Below are positions 45,502-54,313 of a stretch of 54,313 bases of DNA, piece by piece. This DNA is from Candidatus Acutalibacter pullistercoris (GTDB lineage: Bacteria > Bacillota > Clostridia > Oscillospirales > Acutalibacteraceae), in NCBI GenBank assembly GCA_019115285.1, contig DXDU01000068.1, positions 1 to 54,313 of the forward strand. Direction: 5' to 3'. The position numbers and the translations under genes are program-made. Within the stretch, counting starts at the first letter, position 1. Each line of letters begins with the position of its first letter. The notes beneath the pieces were generated by a model. The model saw only the letters and a list, made by a program, of their open reading frames with translations, had not been told where the DNA came from and did not search any database.

Positions 45502-46791
45502 TCAGCCCAGGCTGTAGCTGCCGTCTCCCTCCCGGCGGAGGGGAGTGTTGTAAAATGCGGTCATGGCGGCGATCATGTGGCCCAGGTCCTCCGCCCCGGC
45601 GGTCTCGTAGGGGGAGTGCATGGAAAGCTGGGCCAGGCCGATGTCCACCGTGGGGATGGACACGTGAGAGCCGGACAGGTTCCCCAGGGTAGAGCCCCCC
45701 GGGACCTTGGAATTGTTGTAATAGGCCTGGGTGGGCACCCCGGCCAGCTCGCAGATCCGCTGGAACACCCCGGCGGTGACGGCGTCGGTGGCGTAGCGGG
45801 TGCTGTGCTTGACCACCACGCCGCCGTTTAGGTAGCAGCGGTTGGTGGGATCGTACTTTTCGGGATAGCTGGGGTGCACCCCGTGGGCGTTGTCCGCGGA
45901 GAGGAGCATCCCGCCCTGGATGGCCCGAAGCTTACCCTCCTCCCCTTTCCCAAAGCCGGCGCACACCCTTGCGAGCACGTCGGAGAGGAAGGTGGAGTCC
46001 GCCCCCTGCCGGGTCAGGCTCCCGATCTCCTCGTTGTCGAACACGGCCAGCACCTTGCAGTCCTCCCCGTTGCCCCCCTGGAGTAAGGCGGTGACGGCGG
46101 AGAACACGCACTCCAGGTCGTCCAGCCTGGGGGCGGCGATGTACTCCCCCTTTGCCCCCAGCTGGGTGCCCCGCTGCCGGACGTACAGGTACAGGTCGTG
46201 GGTGAGCACGTCCTCTTTCCGCTCCCCGATGGACTGGGCCAGCAGCTCCAGCAGGTCGGCCCCCTCTCCCCCCAGCAGGGGCAGGGTGTCCTTCTGCCGG
46301 TCCAGCTTGCCCCCCTGTTCGGCGGTCTCCCGGTCCAGGTGGGGGGCAAGGCCGGGGATGATCAGCAGGTCCTGAGAAAGGTCCACCAGCCTGGTCTCCA
46401 CCCCCCGCTCCCGGCGCAGGGCCAGCCGCCCCGCCACAGAAAGGGGCCGGTCGGTCCACAGCCGGAGCAGCGGCCCGCCGTAGACTTCCGTGTTCAGCCG
46501 GGTGTAATGGCCCTCACAGGGCAGCTCCGGGGATTCCTTCACCTTAAAGCTGGGGGAGTCCCCGTGGGGGGCCACGATGGAGAAGGCGCTAAAGTCCCCC
46601 TTGGGCGCCTGGAAGGCGATGAGGGAGCTCATGGCCCGGGTGGTGAAGTACCCCCGGCCCGGCTCCAGCTCCCAGGGCTCCGTCTCCTGCAGCCGGGTGT
46701 AGCCCGCCGCCTCCAGCATGGCCCCCAGGGCGGCGGTGGTGTGGCAGGCGGTGGGGCAGCCCGCGATGAAATCAAACAGCTTTTGGATCAT
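45502..46791 (-). CDS. M18 family aminopeptidase (aspartyl aminopeptidase-like)
   Basis: Motifs HGDSP, EVYGG, PRLDDL, FDNEEIGS, SADNAHGVHP, GGSTLG and LSMHS. Confidence 0.9.
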   Translation of the reverse strand: MIQKLFDFIAGCPTACHTTAALGAMLEAAGYTRLQETEPWELEPGRGYFTTRAMSSLIAFQAPKGDFSAFSIVAPHGDSPSFKVKESPELPCEGHYTRLNTEVYGGPLLRLWTDRPLSVAGRLALRRERGVETRLVDLSQDLLIIPGLAPHLDRETAEQGGKLDRQKDTLPLLGGEGADLLELLAQSIGERKEDVLTHDLYLYVRQRGTQLGAKGEYIAAPRLDDLECVFSAVTALLQGGNGEDCKVLAVFDNEEIGSLTRQGADSTFLSDVLARVCAGFGKGEEGKLRAIQGGMLLSADNAHGVHPSYPEKYDPTNRCYLNGGVVVKHSTRYATDAVTAGVFQRICELAGVPTQAYYNNSKVPGGSTLGNLSGSHVSIPTVDIGLAQLSMHSPYETAGAEDLGHMIAAMTAFYNTPLRREGDGSYSLG

Positions 46792-46839
46792 GACCTCGCT
46801 CCTTTCCGGCCGGGGGCCGGTTTTTCTGCCCAGGTTGGT

Positions 46840-48465
46840 TTACCGGCCCTCGGCCAGCCGCCGGTTCACTTCCTCCCGCCCTGTAAGCAGGGAGCCGGCC
46901 TCCCCGGGGCAGCGGGAGAAAGTCAGCCCCCCAAAGCCGGGAAGGCACTCCTCCGCCGCCTGACGGCCCTGGCGGGCCTCCAGCAGCTCCAGGGCCCGCA
47001 GGTCCTGGAGGCCCTGGCAGAACACCTTCTGCCGCAGGGAGGGAACAGGCCCTTCCTTCCCCGGATACACGGAGAAGGGGTCGCCCCCGGGGAAGGCCCT
47101 GCCTCCATCGGTGACCTGGTAGGGGTCGATGGCCTGGCGGGACAGCTGGGTGTTCCAGAAGTTGTAGCCCCAGTGGAGGAAGCCCTCCACCTGGAACTTA
47201 TAAAGCTGCCAGCCCAGGATCCTGTTGCGGCAGGAGGGCATGGCCAAAAACCGGTTGGACACATCCACCCCCTGGGCGCAGCAGTAATAGGCCCAAAGGC
47301 CGGGGACCTTCCGCTCCAAAAAGGGCCCGATGCGGTCCGTGGCGGCCACCGGGTGGTCCACCAGGCCGCTGTCGTAGTAGGCCGGGTCCGACAGGGCGTC
47401 GTACAGGGGGAAGTCCCCCAGATAGGGCTTTACAAGCTCCTTGGCCCGGCGGTAATCGTCCAGGTGCTCCTCCCCCGGCTCGTCGGACAGGTGGAAGAAC
47501 ACCTTCCCCTCCAGGCCCTGCTCCCGGAAGAACCTGGTCAGGGCCGGGAGCATCTGCCCCAGAAACGCCCCGTAGCCGCCGGCTGCCGCCGGGGTGTCCC
47601 AGCCGAAGATCCGCCGCCGCGCCCCGTTCTCCCAGGCGTACACCGCCGGGGCGGCCTTGGCCCCCCACTGGGTGAACAGGTGCCCCACCTCGAAGTACCT
47701 CATCCCCGCCTGGCGGGCCACGGCGAGAAAGCGCTCCAGCCGGGAGAAGCCAAAGCGGTAGGTCTCCCCCTCTTTCTCAATGTCCAGCAGCTGGGTGGGC
47801 AGCCGCTCTTTTCCCACCTCCGTGTCCAGGGGCGGGGTGAGCGCCGGAGTGAGGACCACGTTCATGCCCTCCTGGGCGGCCAGGGTCAGGTACCGCCCCA
47901 GCAGCTCCCAGTAAGCCGGGCCGTACACCGGGGCCTGGTACCACTGGGCCAGGCAGTCCCCGTGGACCCACTGGGTGTAGCGCAGCTTTTGCTCCGGCAG
48001 GTCCGCCCCCACCACCTGCAGGGTGAAGTCCGCCCAGGCCCGCTCCCCCTGGCACTGGGCCAGGCAGCGGAGGGGGTACTCCCCAGGCGGGCAGCCCTGG
48101 GGCACCGCCGCCTCCACCCACACCGCCGTGGGGGAGAAGCTGCTGACCGGCACCTCCCCCTCCTCCAAGGGGAACAGGGGGTCGGGGAAAAGCCCGGGCC
48201 GGGTGGTCAGGTAGCCGCCGCCGCAGTTGGGGTAGGCGGGGAGCTGGCAGGGCACCTGCCCCACCAGAAACAGGGAGATCTCCCCCGGGAAGGGGGACTC
48301 CACCCACACCTTGCAGGGGGCGGTGCCCCGCTCTGTCCTGCCCAGCACCAGCTGGAAGGAAAACCGCTCTCCCCCCAGGGCGCTGGCCCGCTCATAGGCC
48401 GGGGCGAACGCCCCGCTGTCCAGAAAGATCTTCTCCAGAGACGACTGGAGCAGTACGGTGACCAT
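46840..48465 (-). CDS. DUF4091-domain protein (putative glycoside hydrolase)
   Basis: Motifs HLFTQWGA, HLSDEP, WAYYCC, RNRILGWQLY..GFLHWGYNFW and GDPFSVYPG. Confidence 0.75.
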   Translation of the reverse strand: MVTVLLQSSLEKIFLDSGAFAPAYERASALGGERFSFQLVLGRTERGTAPCKVWVESPFPGEISLFLVGQVPCQLPAYPNCGGGYLTTRPGLFPDPLFPLEEGEVPVSSFSPTAVWVEAAVPQGCPPGEYPLRCLAQCQGERAWADFTLQVVGADLPEQKLRYTQWVHGDCLAQWYQAPVYGPAYWELLGRYLTLAAQEGMNVVLTPALTPPLDTEVGKERLPTQLLDIEKEGETYRFGFSRLERFLAVARQAGMRYFEVGHLFTQWGAKAAPAVYAWENGARRRIFGWDTPAAAGGYGAFLGQMLPALTRFFREQGLEGKVFFHLSDEPGEEHLDDYRRAKELVKPYLGDFPLYDALSDPAYYDSGLVDHPVAATDRIGPFLERKVPGLWAYYCCAQGVDVSNRFLAMPSCRNRILGWQLYKFQVEGFLHWGYNFWNTQLSRQAIDPYQVTDGGRAFPGGDPFSVYPGKEGPVPSLRQKVFCQGLQDLRALELLEARQGRQAAEECLPGFGGLTFSRCPGEAGSLLTGREEVNRRLAEGR

Positions 48466-48485
48466 GGCCTTCTCCTTTCTCCCCC

Positions 48486-49388
48486 TTACCGGGGGCCGTC
48501 GAACTGGTGGAAATCCGGGATGTACTGGCTGCCCTTGGCCTTTCGGGACTGGACAAAGCCCTCCAGCCCCAGGGAGAACAGCTCCTCCTGGACCTTATCC
48601 CACTCCCGCCGGGTGAGGCTCCGGGAGAGCTCTGGGTACCCGGGCACCCCGCCTGGCTGGGCGGCCAGGCCCCAGGGGGTGTACTGGGCCATCAGGCTCA
48701 CCGGGATACCGGGGAAGCGCTGGCGGATCAACCGCAGCACGGCCATGGAGTTTCTCGTGTGGCCCGGCAGCACCAGGTGCCGGATGAGCACCCCTTTTAC
48801 CATCCGGCCCTCCCCGTCGTACTGGGGCGGGCCCGCCTGCTCCACCATCTCCCCGATGGCGGCGAGGGCTGTGTCCACGTAGTCCGGGGCGTGGGACAGG
48901 TCCCGGGCCAGGGCCTCCTCCCCGTATTTCAGGTCGGGCAGGTAGATGTCCACCAGGCCCTGCAGGCTCTTGACGGCCTCCCGCTTCTCATAGCCGGAGG
49001 AGTTGTACACCACCGGCACCGGGGGTTTTCGCAGCAGCAGGGCCTGGCGCACCTGGGGCAGGAAGTGCCCGGCGGTGACCAGGTTGATGTTCTGGGCCCC
49101 CTGGTCTACCAAATTCTGGAACAGGGCGGAGAGCTCCTCTGGGGTGACTTCCCGGCCCCGGTTCTCCCCGGCGCTGATCTCGTAGTTCTGGCAGTAGACG
49201 CAGCCCAGGGAGCACCCGGTAAAGAACACCGCCCCCGAGCCTGCCTTCCCGCTGATGGGCGGCTCCTCCCAGAAGTGGAGGGCCGCCCGGGCCACCCGGG
49301 CCTTCTCCCCGCTTTTGCACACGCCCTCCCCGGTGTCCCCCCGGGGGACGCCGCAGTTTCTGGGGCACAGCCTGCAGCGGGGGATCAA
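48486..49388 (-). CDS. PflX-like radical SAM protein
   Basis: Motifs CRLCPRNC, WEEPPISG, CSLGCVYC (CxxxCxxC), DIYLPDLKY and IRHLVLPG; TTG start overlaps the upstream stop. Confidence 0.85.
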   Translation of the reverse strand: MIPRCRLCPRNCGVPRGDTGEGVCKSGEKARVARAALHFWEEPPISGKAGSGAVFFTGCSLGCVYCQNYEISAGENRGREVTPEELSALFQNLVDQGAQNINLVTAGHFLPQVRQALLLRKPPVPVVYNSSGYEKREAVKSLQGLVDIYLPDLKYGEEALARDLSHAPDYVDTALAAIGEMVEQAGPPQYDGEGRMVKGVLIRHLVLPGHTRNSMAVLRLIRQRFPGIPVSLMAQYTPWGLAAQPGGVPGYPELSRSLTRREWDKVQEELFSLGLEGFVQSRKAKGSQYIPDFHQFDGPR

Positions 49389-51079
49389 CCCTGCCCCTCC
49401 CCGGAGAGGGCCAGCATGGCGCAGTTGCTGCCCCGGCGGCCCCTAGTCTTCCGGTGGGAGAAGAGCAGGTCGCTTTCGCACATGGTGCACACCTTCCCCA
49501 GGGTGATGCGCTCCTCCCGCACCCCGGCGGAGAGCAGGAACTGGCGGTTGCACTCCCACAGGTCCACGTGGTACTTCTCCCCCTGGGGTCCGGAGACGAA
49601 CTTCCCGCTCTGGGGGAGCTTTAAGAACTCCTCTCCCACAGGGGCGTCCACCTCAAAGCACTCCGGCCCGATGGAGGGCCCCACCGCCACCAGCAGGTCC
49701 TGGGGGCGGGTGCCGAACTCTTTGCCCATGCGCTCCACCATCTCTCGGGCCATGCCGGCGGCGGTGCCCCGCCAGCCCGCGTGGGCCAGGCCGATGGCCC
49801 GGTGGGCGGGATCGAGAAAATACAGAGGCACGCAGTCGGCGCAGTAGATCACCAGGGTGACGGCGGGGTCGTCGGTGCACAGCCCGTCGATGGACTCCAT
49901 GTCCTTCTCCCGCCAGATGCCGGTGCCCCGGTTCTCCGCCGTCACCCGGCGGATGTTCACGTGGTGGTCCTGGGCGCCGCACACCAGAGACTCCGGGTCA
50001 AAGCCGGCGGCGGCGCAGAACAGCCGGTAGTTCTCCGCCACCTTCCCGTCGTCGTCCCCCCGGCGGAAGCCCAGGTTCATGGCGGCGAACTCCTTCTGGC
50101 TCACCCCGCCCACCCGGGTGGTAAAGGCGTGGTTGACCCAGTTCTCCTCCCGCCACTGGGCGAAGCGCAGCACCCCCACCCCTTGGGGGAAGGTCAGGTC
50201 CATATTCCCCAGGGGGCCGGGCTGGGGAGCCCGGGGCGCCTGGATGACGGCCACAGGGTAAGTCTTTTTGCTCACAGTCAGTCCCTCGTATTTCTGTTTG
50301 ATGGTCAGCCGCCCGGCGAAGGGGTAGCCGCAGCTGCCGCACTGGAACTCCGCCCGGAAGCTCTTGTTCTTCAGGGCCCAGCGGGTCTTCCGGCGGCTCT
50401 CTCCCCCGCACTTGGGGCAGGGGAAGCGCAGATGCCCCGCCTCCACCAGGGGGCTGTTCAGGTCGCAGATGTAGGTGGTCTTAAAGGTGATCTTCCGGTA
50501 AAACTCCGCCCCGCACTCCTGGACGAAGGGGGCCATGGCCTGGGGGTGGTAGACTTTTTTCAAGATCTCCAGGGCCATGCGGCTGTCGTCCAAAGCCCGG
50601 TGGTGGTCCATGCCCGACAGATCCAGCCCCAGCAGTTCCGCCGCCTTGGAGAGGCCCACCTGCTCTTTGGTGCCCAGGCCCATGCGCTCCTGGGCGTAGC
50701 GCTGCAGGTCGCAGTACCGGGTGAGGAAGGGCACCTGCCCGTCGCCGCTGAAGTAACGGCAGTTCTCGATAAGGGCCAGAATGTCGGAGGTGCCCCAGGT
50801 CAGGAGCAGGCACTCCCCGGCCCATTTTTTAAACCGGCTCACCGCCTGCATAAAGGTGAGGCCGCCGGTGAGGTTGTCGTCGGTGATGCTGGTGAGGTCG
50901 GTGACCAGGGTGTTGACGTGCTTGCTCACCTGGGGTTTGACGAAGCAGGAAAAGCAGCTCTTCTCCTGCAGGCCCGGGGAGACCTTCACCGCCCCGAACT
51001 GGATGATCTCGTTGATATACCCTTTGATCCTGCGGCTGTACGCCGCGTTCCACTCCAGGTCTAAAATCACGATGTCCAA
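49385..51079 (-). CDS. pgeF: Fusion protein: DEDDh 3'-5' exonuclease, CxxC..CxxC Zn ribbon and PgeF/YfiH (laccase-domain) protein
   Basis: N-terminal ILDLEWN, EIIQFGAV, TWGTSD and HHRALDD; CPKC..CGSC; C-terminal HAFTTRVGGVS, ADCVP, HAGWRG, GPSIGPECFEV and FSHR. TTG start after AAGGAGG. Confidence 0.85.
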   Translation of the reverse strand: MDIVILDLEWNAAYSRRIKGYINEIIQFGAVKVSPGLQEKSCFSCFVKPQVSKHVNTLVTDLTSITDDNLTGGLTFMQAVSRFKKWAGECLLLTWGTSDILALIENCRYFSGDGQVPFLTRYCDLQRYAQERMGLGTKEQVGLSKAAELLGLDLSGMDHHRALDDSRMALEILKKVYHPQAMAPFVQECGAEFYRKITFKTTYICDLNSPLVEAGHLRFPCPKCGGESRRKTRWALKNKSFRAEFQCGSCGYPFAGRLTIKQKYEGLTVSKKTYPVAVIQAPRAPQPGPLGNMDLTFPQGVGVLRFAQWREENWVNHAFTTRVGGVSQKEFAAMNLGFRRGDDDGKVAENYRLFCAAAGFDPESLVCGAQDHHVNIRRVTAENRGTGIWREKDMESIDGLCTDDPAVTLVIYCADCVPLYFLDPAHRAIGLAHAGWRGTAAGMAREMVERMGKEFGTRPQDLLVAVGPSIGPECFEVDAPVGEEFLKLPQSGKFVSGPQGEKYHVDLWECNRQFLLSAGVREERITLGKVCTMCESDLLFSHRKTRGRRGSNCAMLALSGEGQG

Positions 51080-51214
51080 CCAGGTGCCTCCTTTCTGTAT
51101 TTGATGGCCCGCGGCCCGCGCGGGCCGGAAAAGCCTTTGCGCCCCGGGGGGTTGGACAGGCACTCCGCAGCACGGCGGCGCCCGCCCCCGCCGCTCCGCT
51201 CTGGATGGACGCTG

Positions 51215-51484
51215 CCCACCCCCATCTCACCTGCCGGTGGGCGGGGTTTATGGTGCCCACCCCCTGCCCCCTCCCGTAAGGATAATGAGATATAATTTGT
51301 CCCTTTTCCGTACGGGAGGGGGTGAGCGAGCGCCGGTGGCGCTCTGCCGCGAACCGGTCTCAGCTCCCGCTTCGGTCGGCGCTGAACGGTCGCCACCGGC
51401 GACCAGCGCCCGAGCCGGCAGGCGAGACGGTGGGTGGGCCTCACCTAGCTATGGCGGCAGGTTGGCCTGCGGTGCCAACCGCTT
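51215..51484. repeat. Intergenic mosaic repeat island 8
   Basis: TIR half-unit at 51256, module A (51319-51413) and GGCCTGCGGTGCCAACCGC motif. Confidence 0.88.
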
Positions 51485-53311
<1,827 letters not shown>

Positions 53312-53645
53312 ATCCCATCGTTCCTTTCTGCGGAGTGCCTGGCTTTTTCAATCCGCGGGGGCGCTTCCAGGCCTTTTCGCATTCCAATTTCACAAAGCGC
53401 TCGTTTCACATTAACCGATTTATTATAGCACCAAACGGCCCGCTTGAAAAGCCCGAATTTGGCCAAAAACCTGGGTTTTTGCCGTCCCTCCCTCCCTTGG
53501 TTGATTGTAGACAAAAGGGAGCGGGCTGCCCCCGCACTTTTTGGATGCGGGGCACTTGGGGGCCGCCGCTTGCATCTTGGGGGGATTTCCTGTAAAATAG
53601 TTGATAAAGCAACAAACTTCCCCCAGAAAGGAACGGATGCAGCCC

Positions 53646-54313
53646 ATGACCAACACCCAAACCAGCGATTTTTCCCAAGGCAGCGTATCCAGCAACATTT
53701 TGCGGCTGGCCCTGCCCATGACAGTGGCCCAGCTCATCAACGTGCTGTACAGCGTGGTGGACCGGATGTACATTGGCCACCTGCCCAACGCCGCCGCGGA
53801 CGCCCTGACGGGCATTGGCCTTACGTTCCCCATCATTTCCATCGTCACGGCCTTTGCCAACCTGTTCGGCATGGGCGGCTCCCCCCTGTTCTCCATCGAG
53901 CGGGGCCGGGGCCACCTGGACAAGGCCCGGCAGATTATGGGCAACACCTTTTCCCTGCTGGTGGGCACCGGCGTGGTGCTGACGGCGGTGACCCTGCTCA
54001 TCAAAAAGCCGCTGCTGTACGCCTTTGGCGCCAGCGACGTGACCTATCCCTACGCGGATGGGTACATCACCATTTACATCTGCGGCAGCGTATTCGTCAT
54101 GATCAGCCTGGGTATGAACCAGTTCATCAATGCCCAGGGCTTTGGGCGCAAGGGCATGATGACCGTGCTCATCGGCGCGGTGACCAACATTGTGCTGGAC
54201 CCCATCTTTATCTTCGTGTTTGGCATGGGGGTGCAAGGGGCTGCCCTGGCCACCATCCTCTCCCAGTTCCTCTCGGCGGTGTGGGCGGTTTCCTTCCTGC
54301 GGGGGAAGAAGGC
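53646..54313 (+). CDS. MATE family efflux transporter (truncated by the window end)
   Basis: Manual translation MTNTQTSDFSQGSVSSNILRLALPMTVAQLINVLYSVVDRMYIGH...NIVLDPIFIF..GVQGAALAT. Alternative ATG at 53637. Confidence 0.88.
   Translation, partial: MTNTQTSDFSQGSVSSNILRLALPMTVAQLINVLYSVVDRMYIGHLPNAAADALTGIGLTFPIISIVTAFANLFGMGGSPLFSIERGRGHLDKARQIMGNTFSLLVGTGVVLTAVTLLIKKPLLYAFGASDVTYPYADGYITIYICGSVFVMISLGMNQFINAQGFGRKGMMTVLIGAVTNIVLDPIFIFVFGMGVQGAALATILSQFLSAVWAVSFLRGKK

Noticed and set aside
46198-48882. 894-aa plus-strand ORF (similarly 30937-32895, 4364-6079, 9655-10992, 28373-29779)
   Set aside because: These are antisense shadows of well-supported genes, with no recognisable motifs.
3200-51484. 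CRISPR array interpretation of the intergenic repeats
   Set aside because: There are no regularly spaced identical direct repeats with unique spacers and no cas genes. The repeats are dispersed mosaic palindromes.
53406-54236. 276-aa minus-strand ORF
   Set aside because: It is the antisense shadow of the truncated plus-strand MATE gene.

Overview
This is a 54.3-kb high-GC chromosomal window from a spore-forming Bacillota (Clostridia). An Oscillospiraceae/Acutalibacteraceae-like host is my inference from gene content and style. Most genes are housekeeping or metabolic: spoIIP, citrate synthase, a divergent EF-G paralog, a Gfo/Idh/MocA plus TIM-barrel sugar cluster, T-box-controlled trpB2, MATE pumps, murE-pepC-murF, pstSCAB-phoU-phoP-phoR, an ECF sigma/anti-sigma pair, GH13, an M18 peptidase and typA. 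Five things stand out. (1) A self-contained 2.85-kb module (16376-19225) has an intact CI/LexA-type repressor and a divergent promoter/operator switch. It drives only a small ORF, a small terminase and a large terminase, then ends in a terminator. No portal, capsid, tail or integrase gene lies anywhere in the window, so this is a candidate domesticated DNA-packaging module. (2) About 6 kb of intergenic DNA forms mosaic islands of modular, nested, covarying hairpins. Many are capped by cGNAg triloops, and all sit downstream of gene 3' ends. (3) A type I toxin-antitoxin-like locus missing from the ORF track encodes a 29-aa hydrophobic peptide and a convergent antisense RNA. (4) A DEDDh exonuclease-Zn ribbon-PgeF/YfiH fusion is present. 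(5) The EF-G paralog has degenerate GTPase motifs. No rRNA, tRNA, CRISPR array or transposase was recognised. All calls come from reading the sequence by eye; no database searches were run.
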